The notes under the pieces: generated by a model
What the model was told of the DNA's origin: nothing
Database searches by the model: none
Seen by the model: only the letters and a program-made list of their open reading frames with translations
Program-made: the position numbers and the translations under genes
Shown: piece by piece, positions 1 through 10,102 of the stretch
Position numbering within the stretch: the stretch's first letter is position 1
Layout of the letters: each line of letters starts with the position of its first letter
NCBI GenBank assembly: GCA_001804805.1
Contig: MHBH01000077.1
Location: 87,355-151,354, forward strand
DNA: 64,000 nucleotides
Source: Lentisphaerae bacterium GWF2_49_21
Lineage (GTDB): Bacteria > Verrucomicrobiota > Lentisphaeria > Victivallales > GWF2-50-93
Direction of reading: 5' to 3'

Positions 1-1
1 G

Positions 2-388
2 AAGACCCACGACAACAGTGTGCTCACCGACATCATGTATCGATGCGGGATGTATTGGATAACAAGCGGAAGTTTCTGGCGTCAGAACTACCCGACTGAA
101 AGGTTCCACCGCCTCGTTTCACCGACAGACGGGCTGACCGTATGCGCATCGGGCTTCACAAACCGTGTACAGTGGTACGAGCTGCATGGCGGCCGCGGGG
201 CCAATCTGTGTCTGGCCGACGGCAGCGCCTTCTGGTTTCCTAAATCGATGTGGACACCGTACTTTCCCAAAACCGTCGACGAATACTACGACAGGTACCG
301 GGTCGACTTCAGCCACTACACTGTGAATAATTTCTCTGCCCGTTACAGGGGATTGAAACCCAAACCGAACGCCTATGGATATCAATAG
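2..388 (+). CDS. C-terminal fragment of a prepilin-type (type II secretion pseudopilin-like, DUF1559-like) protein; 5' end lies outside the window
   Basis: ORF is open to the window edge. HGGRGANLCLADGS resembles the H-X9/10-DG tail also present in the full-length paralog at 10882..11643. Confidence 0.55.
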   Translation, partial: KTHDNSVLTDIMYRCGMYWITSGSFWRQNYPTERFHRLVSPTDGLTVCASGFTNRVQWYELHGGRGANLCLADGSAFWFPKSMWTPYFPKTVDEYYDRYRVDFSHYTVNNFSARYRGLKPKPNAYGYQ

Positions 389-433
389 AAGCGTACTGCG
401 GCACGTCCACGAGGACAAGAATGCCCAATAAAG

Positions 434-1957
434 ATGGATGAGATTATGGCATCAAAAAAGTCTCTAAACGTACTTTTCATCTTCTCCGACCAGCACCGCT
501 GGAGCGCCCTGAACTGCTACGGCAACGCAGAGGTAATTTCACCCGCGTTCGACCGCATGGCCGAGGAGGGAGTGCGCTTCACGCACGCCATGAGCAGTTG
601 TCCGGTCTGTGCGCCCGTGCGCACAACGTTGCAGACGGGTCTGCACGCGCATCAGCACAATGTCCGTGGAAACCAGAGCCCCTGGGTGGGGCAGCATTTC
701 CGCAGCCTGGCCGACTATTTCAACGACGCCGGCTACGAGACCTGCTTCATCGGCAAGGCCCACTGGGGAAAGTACATGTTCTACGACATGAAGTGGAAGG
801 GCGGCTTTGTGCCGCCAGAAAGGCGCCTACGCTGGAAGCACTGGCTCAGCACGGAAGGCCACGTACAGTATGGGGAGAAAGTCTACGACGATGCTGGCGA
901 GGTTCTCTTTGACGGCACTGGCGTTCCCGAGGCAACTTTCGAGACCGGCTTGGCCTTCGACTTCATCCGGCAGTGCGGCGATAAACCATGGATCGCGCAC
1001 CTCGACTGGGGCCCGCCGCACACCATACAGCCGGGGCCGACCGTGAAATACAATGATGAATACTACGCACGTGGAAGACAGTTGAACAGGGATATGGGAT
1101 TCAACCTGCCAGACGAACTGTTCGTGGAAAAGGATCCCCGGCTGAAACTGCTCATGCCGCAGTCGCTCCTATTCGACATAGTGCCGCAGCGGTTCCTGGA
1201 CATGTACGATGTGGATTCAATCACAGTGGATCCAAACGTGCCTGAGCAATACCGGAAGCTTGCACGTTATCATTACCATGAATACTACGCTCTGATCACC
1301 AGCCTGGATGAGGAGCTTGCGCGGATTTTCGAATTCCTCCGGCAGACGGGCCATGATCGGGACACCCTGGTCGTCTACACCTCCGATCATGGGGACCGCA
1401 TCGCCGCACATTGCACGCTGGAAAAGTTCCGCACCAAGTCCAGTCCGCATCAGAACTCACTCCGGGTACCCCTCATGTTCTGGGGTCCGGGGCTTGGCGT
1501 TGGACAGGGCAAGGTGAACCAGACTCCGTTCAGTTCAGTTGATTTCATGCCGACCCTGCTGGACTGCATCGGCGTGCCTGTCGATGTCCACCTGCCTGGC
1601 GAATCCCTGAAAAATTGCTTCATGGGCGAATGCCGGGAGATGGAAAGGCACGTCCTGCTCAGCCTGGATCCGTGGCGCGCAATCACGGACGGACGTTACC
1701 TCTACGCGATCCGGAGCGAGGCGAAGGCCGGCCCGGTCCCGGTCTCGACCAGGAAACATGCCGTTCCGCCCGCGTGGACTCCGATCCATCTGATCGACAT
1801 GCAGGAAGATCCTTACGACATGCAGAACCTCCTGGAAAAACCCGAACTCCAGGCCGTACGCGAACGCCTGCACACGGAACTGGTGCGGCAGCTCATCGCC
1901 ACGTCCGACCATGACTTCGTGCTGCGGACGGGTCTTAAGCAAAGGGAATTGTTCTGA
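434..1957 (+). CDS. sulfatase (arylsulfatase A family)
   Basis: 507 aa. N-terminal LNVLFIFSDQHR and the formylglycine motif C-A-P-V-R (SSCPVCAPVRTTLQTG); C-terminal SDHGD. Confidence 0.9.
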   Translation: MDEIMASKKSLNVLFIFSDQHRWSALNCYGNAEVISPAFDRMAEEGVRFTHAMSSCPVCAPVRTTLQTGLHAHQHNVRGNQSPWVGQHFRSLADYFNDAGYETCFIGKAHWGKYMFYDMKWKGGFVPPERRLRWKHWLSTEGHVQYGEKVYDDAGEVLFDGTGVPEATFETGLAFDFIRQCGDKPWIAHLDWGPPHTIQPGPTVKYNDEYYARGRQLNRDMGFNLPDELFVEKDPRLKLLMPQSLLFDIVPQRFLDMYDVDSITVDPNVPEQYRKLARYHYHEYYALITSLDEELARIFEFLRQTGHDRDTLVVYTSDHGDRIAAHCTLEKFRTKSSPHQNSLRVPLMFWGPGLGVGQGKVNQTPFSSVDFMPTLLDCIGVPVDVHLPGESLKNCFMGECREMERHVLLSLDPWRAITDGRYLYAIRSEAKAGPVPVSTRKHAVPPAWTPIHLIDMQEDPYDMQNLLEKPELQAVRERLHTELVRQLIATSDHDFVLRTGLKQRELF

Positions 1958-1989
1958 ACAAGGGGTGGAAAGAATATGAAGGGCTTTGA

Positions 1990-3564
1990 ATGACGAATCG
2001 TCCCAACATAATATTGATTCTGAATGACGACATGGGGTATTCGGACCTCGGTTGTTATGGCGGTGAAATCCATACGCCCAATCTGGACTCCCTGGCTAAG
2101 GGGGGCTTGCGCTACACGCAGTTCTACAATACGGCTCGTTGCTGTCCTTCCAGGGCATCGCTATTGACCGGCCTATATCCGCATCAGGCCGATGTCGGGC
2201 ACATGATGGGTGATGACAGGATTGATGGCTATCTTGGAGACTTGAATCCAAACACTGTGACCATTGCCGAAGCTCTCAGACTCGGGGGATATGCCACATA
2301 CATGTCCGGCAAATGGCACGTGACAAGACATGTCGCCGGGCCTAAGCACAACTGGCCGGTACAGCGCGGATTCGATGACTATTACGGGATTATTTCAGGA
2401 GCTGCGAACTACTACCAGCCAGGCACCCTGACCCGGAACAATGAGCGCATTGAGCCGGAAGGGAAGGACTATTTCCTTACAGATGAGATCTCCAAGGAGG
2501 CCGTCCGCCAGATCCGCGAGCACGTTTCAAACAGGAAAGATACGCCGTTCTTCCAATATGTGGCGTATACTGCACCGCACTGGCCCTTGCATGCGCATGC
2601 GGAGGATGTTGCGAAATACAAGGGCCGGTTTGACTGCGGCTGGGACGAGATTCGCAGGCAGCGTCTGGATCGGATGATAGGAATGGGGATCATCCATGAG
2701 AACTGGAAATTAAGCGAACGCGACCTGTCGGTCAGGCCCTGGGAAGATGAGAATCACAAGGAGTGGCAGGCGCGGCGGATGGAAGTCTATGCCGCACAGA
2801 TCGACAGGATGGACCAGGGCATAGGCCGCATTCTGGATGCGCTCAGGGAGACGGGACAATGGGAGAACAGTCTGATTGTGTTCCTTTCGGACAACGGAGG
2901 CTGTGCCGAGGAGCTTGGAGAAGATTGCCGGAATTGGATTGCCACGAGCCATGAAAAGGCCGGCCCCCTTCTAACACGCGATGGTCGCAATGTCCGGTTT
3001 GGGAACAGTCCTGACATATTGCCTGGCGGCGAAGACACATATTCCAGCTACGGTGTGCCATGGGCGAATGTGTCCAATACTCCGTTCCGGCTTTACAAGC
3101 ACTGGGTCCACGAGGGAGGAATTTCCACGCCCTTCATCGTTCATTGGCCGGACGGCATCAGGGCGAGGAACGAACTGCGTCATCAGCCGGCGCAACTGCC
3201 CGACGTGATGGCCACTTTCATCGACATCGCATCTGTTGACTATCCCAGGACCTTCAATGGAAGGAGCATCCAGGGAATAGAGGGATTCAGCATGGCGGAT
3301 ACTTTTGAGAATCGTCCTCACAGACGGAAAGTGCTCTACTGGGAACATGAAGGCAACAAGGCAGTGCGTAAAGGGAGATGGAAGCTCGTCTGCAAATATC
3401 CGGGCGGCTGGGAGCTCTACGACATGGAAGCCGGGCGCACGGAATTGGACGATGTTTCCGCCGATCACCCGGATATTGTGCGGGATCTGTCCGGGCTTTA
3501 TGCCGAATGGGCTGGAAGATGCAAGATCGTACCGTGGGAGAAGCTGCTGGAAAGGCGAAAATAA
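1990..3564 (+). CDS. arylsulfatase
   Basis: 524 aa. NIILILNDDMGYSDLGCYG, CxPxR motif (CCPSRASLLTG), LSDNGG. Confidence 0.9.
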   Translation: MTNRPNIILILNDDMGYSDLGCYGGEIHTPNLDSLAKGGLRYTQFYNTARCCPSRASLLTGLYPHQADVGHMMGDDRIDGYLGDLNPNTVTIAEALRLGGYATYMSGKWHVTRHVAGPKHNWPVQRGFDDYYGIISGAANYYQPGTLTRNNERIEPEGKDYFLTDEISKEAVRQIREHVSNRKDTPFFQYVAYTAPHWPLHAHAEDVAKYKGRFDCGWDEIRRQRLDRMIGMGIIHENWKLSERDLSVRPWEDENHKEWQARRMEVYAAQIDRMDQGIGRILDALRETGQWENSLIVFLSDNGGCAEELGEDCRNWIATSHEKAGPLLTRDGRNVRFGNSPDILPGGEDTYSSYGVPWANVSNTPFRLYKHWVHEGGISTPFIVHWPDGIRARNELRHQPAQLPDVMATFIDIASVDYPRTFNGRSIQGIEGFSMADTFENRPHRRKVLYWEHEGNKAVRKGRWKLVCKYPGGWELYDMEAGRTELDDVSADHPDIVRDLSGLYAEWAGRCKIVPWEKLLERRK

Positions 3565-3608
3565 ATCTATGGTGCGGCGGCCAGGCAAAAGGAAGGCACC
3601 GAGAAGAA

Positions 3609-3637
3609 TTGACAGCACTATGGCCTCGGTGTAATAT
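3609..3637 (+). promoter_or_regulatory. sigma70-like promoter TTGACA-N17-TAATAT upstream of the third sulfatase gene
   Basis: TTGACA at 3609-3614, a 17-nt spacer, TAATAT at 3632-3637, about 45 nt before the ATG at 3683. Sequence match only. Confidence 0.4.
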
Positions 3638-3682
3638 GGCACGAAAATCCAATCAACAGGAAGCCGGGAGATAAGTAATAAA

Positions 3683-5005
3683 ATGGTAAAGGATAAAAGA
3701 CCGAACATTCTGGTGATAATGACCGATCAGCAGTCGGCGGCGGCGATGAGCTGCACCGGCAATCCCAATCTCCGGACGCCTGCAATGGATTCGCTTTCAG
3801 CGGGCGGCATGCGTTTTGAGAAGGCATACTCCTGCAATCCTATTTGCGTACCATCGCGGACAAGTATGTTCACAGGGCTGATGTGCCACCAGACGCAGGT
3901 GGAACACAATGATGCAAAAGGAATCGCAGCAGGCATCTGCCTGGGAAAATGCCTCAAGGACGCAGGTTATGATACTGGATATACTGGCAAATGGCATATC
4001 CCGCACAAGCTCCAGGATCAGGAATGGTCCGGCTTCGATTTCCTGTCCGCAACCGGCAACCACAGGATTGATGAAGCCATACCTGGCGCCTGCGGACAGT
4101 TCTTTAAAATCAGGAGGGACCGTCCTTTCTTCCTGGTCGCCTCCTTCCTGAATCCGCACGACACATGCCAGTTCGCACGGCGACTGTCCGGCATCAAGGA
4201 AGAACTTATGGAAGGAGAGATCGGCGAACCGCCGCCGGTGGAATTATGTCCTCCGCTTCCTCCGAATTTTGAGACGCCCTCAGATGAGCCGGAGGCTATC
4301 CGCATACACAAGCAGCATTCGAAGAACTGGGAGCGTGTCTACCCGACACGTAACTGGGATGAGGCCAGCTGGCGCCGCTATCTCTGGGGATACAGCCGCC
4401 TTGTCGAAAAAGTGGACACCCAGGTTGGGAAGGTACTGGCCACCCTCCGGGAAAACGGTCTTGAACAGGATACGGTGGTCATCTTCACCAGCGATCACGG
4501 CGATGGAATGGCATCTCACCGCTGGAACCAGAAGACCATCTTTTACGAGGAAGTTGCGCGTGTACCGTTCATCATTTCCCAGCCGGGAACCATCGCAGGC
4601 GGCGTTGTCGACACACGCATCCTGATCAACACCGGCATCGACCTAGCAACTACGTGCCTGGGCATTGCCGGAGTGCCGGTTCCTGCGGAACTGAAGGGAC
4701 AGGACCTCTACGCCTATGTTCAAGGAAAGACCTCCAATACGCATCCGTTCATCGTAGCCCAGACAGATCTCCTCAAGGCTCCGGACTGTGATCGTCACAT
4801 ACGCGGGCGCATGCTGCGTACCGACAAGTTCAAATACGTTGTTTTCGACCATGGGGCAAATCCCGAACAGCTTTTCAATCTTGAAACAGATCAGGGGGAA
4901 ATGCATAACCTCGCCTATCGGACGGAAGAAGCAGCGACTTTGGCCGCACATAGACAAATGCTTGAAAACTGGCTCAAGGAAAATGGAGATGATTTTATAA
5001 AATGA
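3683..5005 (+). CDS. sulfatase
   Basis: 440 aa. PNILVIMTDQQ, CVPSRTSMFTG (CxPxR), TSDHGD. Confidence 0.9.
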   Translation: MVKDKRPNILVIMTDQQSAAAMSCTGNPNLRTPAMDSLSAGGMRFEKAYSCNPICVPSRTSMFTGLMCHQTQVEHNDAKGIAAGICLGKCLKDAGYDTGYTGKWHIPHKLQDQEWSGFDFLSATGNHRIDEAIPGACGQFFKIRRDRPFFLVASFLNPHDTCQFARRLSGIKEELMEGEIGEPPPVELCPPLPPNFETPSDEPEAIRIHKQHSKNWERVYPTRNWDEASWRRYLWGYSRLVEKVDTQVGKVLATLRENGLEQDTVVIFTSDHGDGMASHRWNQKTIFYEEVARVPFIISQPGTIAGGVVDTRILINTGIDLATTCLGIAGVPVPAELKGQDLYAYVQGKTSNTHPFIVAQTDLLKAPDCDRHIRGRMLRTDKFKYVVFDHGANPEQLFNLETDQGEMHNLAYRTEEAATLAAHRQMLENWLKENGDDFIK

Positions 5006-6009
5006 AGAAAATAACATTGATACTTTCAGACAATCCCGCGAAGATAAGTGAGGTTTTCGGGAAGCAGCACATGGCAAGGCTGAAAAGCCTTGTCGAGCTT
5101 CATCCTGAAATACTTTCCAGATCCTCTCTTGGGAATGCCGGACTCGTGGAACTTTTCGGCAAGACCGAGATCCTTGTTTCGACATGGGGGTTCCCTGCCC
5201 TCACGAAGGAAGAGCTTAATGCTTTCCCGGAACTCAAGATTGTCCTGTATGCGGCGGGAACAGTCAAATATTTTGCAGAACCTTTCCTTGAACGCGGCAT
5301 TACGGTAGTAAGCGCCTGGCAGGCAAATGCAGTACCGGTCGCCGAGTTTTCGCTAGCGCAGATCCTGCTTTCGTGCAAAGGATATTTCAGAAATATCCGC
5401 GAAAGCCGCAATCCTGAGACAAGGCTCAAAGGGAAATGCTTCGCAGGACGCGGGATATATGGAGAGACAGTAGGACTGATTGGATGCGGGGCGATTGCGC
5501 GGGCTCTCATAGGACTTTTGAAAGCCTTCAACCTCAAGGTAGTTGTGTTCGATCCATATCTCTCGGATTCGGACGTGGAAAAACTTGGAGTGGAGAAAGT
5601 CGAACTCCTGGATCTTTTCAAGAGGGCTTATGTTGTCAGCAACCACCTTCCCAACCTGCCTTCGACGAAATCAATGCTGGATCGCCGCTGTTTTGAAAGC
5701 ATGAGGGAATCTGCGACATTCATAAACACAGGAAGAGGTGCACAGGTCGTCGAACAGGATCTGATCGATGAACTCAAGAAAAGGCCTTCCTTGTGCGCAC
5801 TGCTTGACGTGACATTTCCTGAGCCTCCCCCGGCTGATTCTGAAATGTACAGGCTGCCAAATCTGCATCTGAGCTCGCATATCGCCGGCTCTCTCAACGA
5901 CGAACTCGGTAGGATGGCGGAATATGTCATAGGCGATCTTGAAAGATGGCTCGTTGGAAAACCTCTGCAATATCAGATAGCCCCGGAAATGTTCAGGAGC
6001 ATGGCATGA
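5002..6009 (+). CDS. D-isomer-specific 2-hydroxyacid dehydrogenase family protein (NAD-binding)
   Basis: 335 aa. Rossmann motif GLIGCGAIARAL. ATGA overlap with the upstream gene. Confidence 0.8.
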   Translation: MKKITLILSDNPAKISEVFGKQHMARLKSLVELHPEILSRSSLGNAGLVELFGKTEILVSTWGFPALTKEELNAFPELKIVLYAAGTVKYFAEPFLERGITVVSAWQANAVPVAEFSLAQILLSCKGYFRNIRESRNPETRLKGKCFAGRGIYGETVGLIGCGAIARALIGLLKAFNLKVVVFDPYLSDSDVEKLGVEKVELLDLFKRAYVVSNHLPNLPSTKSMLDRRCFESMRESATFINTGRGAQVVEQDLIDELKKRPSLCALLDVTFPEPPPADSEMYRLPNLHLSSHIAGSLNDELGRMAEYVIGDLERWLVGKPLQYQIAPEMFRSMA

Positions 6010-6785
6010 TCAGGACAGGCATAGCCTCAGTAAGTTTCAGGGCCTTGAAGGCTGATGAAATCATATGCCTATCCCAGAAGGCGGGACTGGACGGAATTGA
6101 ATGGGGCGGAGACATACATGTGCCCCATGGAAATATTGTTGTTGCCGAAAAGGTGAAAGAAATGTCACGTGACGCCGGACTCGAATGCCCGTCCTACGGT
6201 TCATACTACAGGGCCGGCGAACTCGTCAAGGAAAAGAAGGTCAGCTTTGACGCTGTGCTTGACAGCGCCCTTGCCTTGGGAGCAAGGACAATACGCATAT
6301 GGGCCGGAGTCCAGTCTTCCGAAAGCTCGGATGACGTGTATTACTCGATTGTTTCAGATGATATAAACAAGGTGTCTGCCGCATCGTCAAGACATAATAT
6401 CAGCATTTCACTGGAGTATCATGGAAAGACCTTGACGGATTCCGTTGCGTCTGCCGACAAGCTTTTCACCATGCTTGATCCGGCAGTCAGGACCTACTGG
6501 CAACCATTGTCCCATCTTTCGGAACTTGAATGGGCGACCGGCCTGGAGAAGGCGCTTCCAAGGCTCTCCAACCTTCATGTGTATTCCTGGGAACCGCTAG
6601 ATGGAAAAAACATAAGGCATCCGCTCCGGCATGGAGCTGAAAACTGGAAAACATTTCTCGGGACGGCATCTGAATTGCCCGGAGAAAGATACGCGCATTT
6701 GGAGTTTTTCAAGGACGATTCTCCTGATCAGTTCCTTGAGGATGCGGCTACCTTGAAAAACATTATATTGTCAGTCCAGCTATGA
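6006..6785 (+). CDS. sugar phosphate isomerase/epimerase (xylose-isomerase-like TIM barrel)
   Basis: Start moved to the ATG at 6006 (ATGA overlap with the upstream stop). Family-typical GLDGIEWGG and IRIWAG motifs. Confidence 0.7.
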   Translation: MIRTGIASVSFRALKADEIICLSQKAGLDGIEWGGDIHVPHGNIVVAEKVKEMSRDAGLECPSYGSYYRAGELVKEKKVSFDAVLDSALALGARTIRIWAGVQSSESSDDVYYSIVSDDINKVSAASSRHNISISLEYHGKTLTDSVASADKLFTMLDPAVRTYWQPLSHLSELEWATGLEKALPRLSNLHVYSWEPLDGKNIRHPLRHGAENWKTFLGTASELPGERYAHLEFFKDDSPDQFLEDAATLKNIILSVQL

Positions 6786-8041
6786 AAAATAACATCTTTA
6801 AATCGGATTACGATGTCATCGTCTGCGGCGGAGGGCCAGCTGGCATAGGTGCGGCGATCGCCGCAGCACGTGGAGGCGTCAGGACACTTCTTGTCGAACA
6901 ACTCGGTCATGTCGGCGGAATGCCGACAAGCGCCGATCTTGTAGCCTTCTGTGATACCATGGGCGGCCCGGTCTACGATGAACTGGTCGACATGCTCATC
7001 AAAATGGACGCTGGCCGCTATGCGTATGATCCAAAAAACCATCACAAGCCGGGAAGGCTTCATTTCCACGCGGAAACGATGAAGGCCGTGGCAATGAAGA
7101 TGCTGCAGGAGGCTGAGGTGGAAGTCCTCCTTCATACAATTGCAACTGGAGCTCATCTGTCAAAAAGAAAAGCCGTTGAAGGTGTTTTTATCGCAAACAA
7201 GTCGGGATATCGTCTAATCCGATCGAAGTTTGTCGTTGACGCTACTGCCGATGGCGACATTGCCGCGAATGCCGGAGCGGAATTCCTGAAGGGAGATCCT
7301 GCCGATGGACGAATACAGCACGTAAACTTCCGCTATTCTATTGGAGGAATTGACAAGAATGCCTTTGGAAAAAGCAGACCGAATCCTGAACAGATGCGCA
7401 GATTATTCCGCAATGCGATAAGGAAAAAGGAGATTAATCCTCCTGATAATATTTTCTCGCCTCTTGGAAAATATTTCCCCTATAACGCAAAAAAGAATCA
7501 GCTTTCGCTGGCATACTGGGAAATAGAAAAGGTCGATCCTTCTGATGCATTTACCTTGAGCAGTACTCTCGCGCAGTGCCATGCTGCCGCATGCGATGTC
7601 GTCAGTTTCTGCAGGAAGCATATTCCCGGACATGAAAATGCGAAGATCGCACATCTTCCCGCGACACTCGGGACAAGGGAGTCAAGAAGAATACTTGGCG
7701 ATTACGTGCTGACAAAGGATGATGTTGTGAAAGGACGGAAGTTCAAGGATGCCGTGGCAAAGGCGAATTTCTGGATTGACCTTCATGACTCTCCGCCTGG
7801 ACAGGATTTCACTACCTACAGCGCCGGACATAAGAAAAACACTCGTCCTGCTGAAGGCGACTGGTTCGATATTCCCCTGAGATGCCTGACACCAAAAGGC
7901 TTCAAAGGAATTCTCGTCGCAGGCAGATGCATTTCCGCCGACAGGGCGGCTCAGGCAGCAACAAGGATGATACCGACATGTTTCTACACGGGACATGCTT
8001 CTGGAAAATATGCCGCAACACAAATTCGAAACAAGAAATGA
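6782..8041 (+). CDS. FAD-dependent oxidoreductase (paralog of 11681..12958)
   Basis: 419 aa. Dinucleotide-binding YDVIVCGGGPAGIGAAIAAARGG; C-terminal GRCIS...A motif shared with the paralog. Confidence 0.8.
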   Translation: MKNNIFKSDYDVIVCGGGPAGIGAAIAAARGGVRTLLVEQLGHVGGMPTSADLVAFCDTMGGPVYDELVDMLIKMDAGRYAYDPKNHHKPGRLHFHAETMKAVAMKMLQEAEVEVLLHTIATGAHLSKRKAVEGVFIANKSGYRLIRSKFVVDATADGDIAANAGAEFLKGDPADGRIQHVNFRYSIGGIDKNAFGKSRPNPEQMRRLFRNAIRKKEINPPDNIFSPLGKYFPYNAKKNQLSLAYWEIEKVDPSDAFTLSSTLAQCHAAACDVVSFCRKHIPGHENAKIAHLPATLGTRESRRILGDYVLTKDDVVKGRKFKDAVAKANFWIDLHDSPPGQDFTTYSAGHKKNTRPAEGDWFDIPLRCLTPKGFKGILVAGRCISADRAAQAATRMIPTCFYTGHASGKYAATQIRNKK

Positions 8042-8048
8042 GGTAAAC

Positions 8049-8510
8049 ATGGAATCAGGCTGTTTCAATAAAGGTAAAATCCACATACTACGGATCGATC
8101 CCGGAGAGGACGTGCTTGTTTCAGTCAGGAAATTCCTGTGTGACAGAAAGATCGCCCAGGCGATTGTCCTTGGTGGATACGGTACTCTCTCAGAATATCA
8201 CTTGCACTGGGTGACAAGAGGCACTCTTCCAAGCAGAAACGCCTTTGGCAAAGGAAAAGGTGGAATAGAAATTCTTGGAATGAATGGACTTATTGTCGGA
8301 GGCGAACCGCATATCCATGTGTCTCTATCCACTAGGAAGGGCGCATTTGGCGGACACATGGAGGATGGATGCAGGGCGTATGTCGTGTGCGAAATCTTCT
8401 TCCTGGAACTGAAAGGCAGGAAGCTTACAAGAAAAAGCACCCCGGTAAATATCCCAGGTATGGGCAGGGGGCAGGTGCAGAGACTCATTTTCGGAAAAGA
8501 AAAACCATAA
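8049..8510 (+). CDS. PPC (DUF296) domain protein
   Basis: Start at the ATG at 8049. GEDVLVSVRKF...GTLSEYHL...PHIHVSLS...GGHM pattern is typical of DUF296. Confidence 0.65.
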   Translation: MESGCFNKGKIHILRIDPGEDVLVSVRKFLCDRKIAQAIVLGGYGTLSEYHLHWVTRGTLPSRNAFGKGKGGIEILGMNGLIVGGEPHIHVSLSTRKGAFGGHMEDGCRAYVVCEIFFLELKGRKLTRKSTPVNIPGMGRGQVQRLIFGKEKP

Positions 8511-8537
8511 AGGGAAAAGAGGATTGGAGTCTAGGAT

Positions 8538-8582
8538 TGTCGGACACGTCAGACATGTCGGACAGGCCTGACACCCGACACC
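8538..8582 (+). repeat. 5 x 9-mer tandem array (TGTCGGACA CGTCAGACA TGTCGGACA GGCCTGACA CCCGACACC)
   Basis: Read directly from the sequence. It begins 28 nt after the stop at 8510. The unit TGTCnGACA is itself palindromic. Confidence 0.7.
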
Positions 8583-8614
8583 ATGAACTCGAAAACTTGA
8601 ATTTGGAGAATAAT

Positions 8615-9985
8615 ATGAATCTACAGGAAATCACAACATGTTCTCTTGAATCACCGATCATCCTCTGCCGGGCTCTGCCGCTCAGGCTTGGTTCCGGCGG
8701 GATTGATGCAGTCCTCCTGGCATATTCCAACAGCGCAGGCTCTAATCCATGGATAGAAATGTTCAGTTTTCCGGCCGACACCTTGAAGCTGGCCGTATTT
8801 GATCTTAAGGGGAAAAAGATCTGGCATCGCGATCTAGGCCCTGGAGTAATCCCGGATGGAAGTTTCTGCCCTATCTTTGCTTTCGACATGGATGGAGACG
8901 GAAAGGATGAGATTTATTTTTTAAACAACACCGATCCTGAACATCCGTTCGCCATCAGCAAATACCGGCTTGAAAGAAGTGATGCTGGCAACGGCAGGAC
9001 AACAGGACAATGGCAATGGCCCGGATACAATTCCGAATGCAACATGAATAATGCCTTCCGCAATACCATCACCGGAGGATATGTCCACGGCAAACCTGTT
9101 CTTGTGACAGCCCAAGGGCTTTATGATGACATGTATCTTCAGGCTTGGAATCCGGACATGTCGCATCGATGGGAGCTAACCATTGCGGCCGGCAGTCCCG
9201 GAGCCCGTGGAAGCCATATGCATCCGATAGTTGATATCAACAGTGATGGCGTCGATGAACTGATGTGGGGGGAAAGGTGCCTCAGTATCGACAATGGAAA
9301 AGAACTTTTTTGTTTCGACAGTGAGAACTACTGCGGGCACTCGGACATCATCCAGCCATTCATCGATCCTGCTTCTGGCCGATGGCTGGTGTTTTCAACC
9401 AGGGAGAAAAAGGGAACCGTTGCACCGCGAATTTCTGTCTTCGATGCGACTGGAAAAATTGTATGGGGCGACTTGGACAGGGGACACATTCACATAGGCT
9501 GGGTCGCGCGTCTGTCACCCGACAAGATGACTGCAATGGCTATACGGATAGGTTCCCAGATACAGACCAAGAAATGCAGGCAGATTTTCGACAGGGAAAT
9601 ATTCGCATATGATGCCAGCAGTGGAAAACACATTGAACTGCCATTTGATCCGTTTCAGACAATTCCTGTTGATTTGAACGGTGACGGAATTCATGAGCTC
9701 GTACGCGGAACGAAACATGATGGAAACTGCAACGGAGAAGTCCTGGACGGCAAGGGACAGGTAACTGGCTCTGTCAAAGGCACAGTATCTCTCGCATCCA
9801 AGATTCTCAACCTACCCGGAGAACAGCTGCTCACTTATGCGGCAGACGGGGCAATCCGGATATGGGCGGATTTAGATGCATGTGATTCTGAGGCCGCAAA
9901 AGAAAGATACCGGAATCCTTTCTATGACTTGAATCAACGATTGAGCGCCTGCGGCAACCATCTGCATGTGCTCGGAGGAATATAG
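8615..9985 (+). CDS. FG-GAP/Ca-binding beta-propeller-like protein (possible polysaccharide lyase-like enzyme)
   Basis: Start moved to the ATG at 8615 (GGAGA 6 nt upstream). Repeated DxDGDGxDE motifs (DMDGDGKDEIYF, DINSDGVDELMW, DLNGDGIHELV). Function is uncertain. Confidence 0.55.
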   Translation: MNLQEITTCSLESPIILCRALPLRLGSGGIDAVLLAYSNSAGSNPWIEMFSFPADTLKLAVFDLKGKKIWHRDLGPGVIPDGSFCPIFAFDMDGDGKDEIYFLNNTDPEHPFAISKYRLERSDAGNGRTTGQWQWPGYNSECNMNNAFRNTITGGYVHGKPVLVTAQGLYDDMYLQAWNPDMSHRWELTIAAGSPGARGSHMHPIVDINSDGVDELMWGERCLSIDNGKELFCFDSENYCGHSDIIQPFIDPASGRWLVFSTREKKGTVAPRISVFDATGKIVWGDLDRGHIHIGWVARLSPDKMTAMAIRIGSQIQTKKCRQIFDREIFAYDASSGKHIELPFDPFQTIPVDLNGDGIHELVRGTKHDGNCNGEVLDGKGQVTGSVKGTVSLASKILNLPGEQLLTYAADGAIRIWADLDACDSEAAKERYRNPFYDLNQRLSACGNHLHVLGGI

Positions 9986-9997
9986 GGTATCAGATTA

Positions 9998-10027
9998 TCG
10001 ACAGGATAACAGGATTAACAGGATAAT
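9998..10027 (+). promoter_or_regulatory. promoter module copy 1: TCGACA-N18-GATAAT, spacer = 3 x ACAGGATWA
   Basis: ACAGGATAACAGGATTAACAGGATAAT differs by 1 nt from the copy at 21497..21523. An inverted partial copy (AAAATCCTGTAATCCAGTC) lies at 10049..10067. Confidence 0.45.
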
Positions 10028-10102
10028 TATGCATAAAGGAAAATCATGAAAATCCTGTAATCCAGTCAAATAATAGATTATTAATAAAAGGAGGAATTGG
10101 AA

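Noticed and set aside
8369-8614. N-terminal extensions offered by the ORF track (8369, 5946, 7995, 16301, 19528, 61342, 10097, 39185)
   Set aside because: The extensions overlap upstream genes or repeat sequence and lack homology-like content. Internal ATGs with a ribosome-binding site or ATGA coupling give family-typical N-termini.
10001-10027. ACAGGAT triple repeats as CsrA/Rsm binding or sponge sites
   Set aside because: The GGA flanks do not match the A(N)GGA/CANGGANG consensus. The 27-mers are instead exactly framed by a TTGACA-like -35 and a GATAAT -10 at 18-nt spacing in all three copies, so a promoter/operator reading is more economical.
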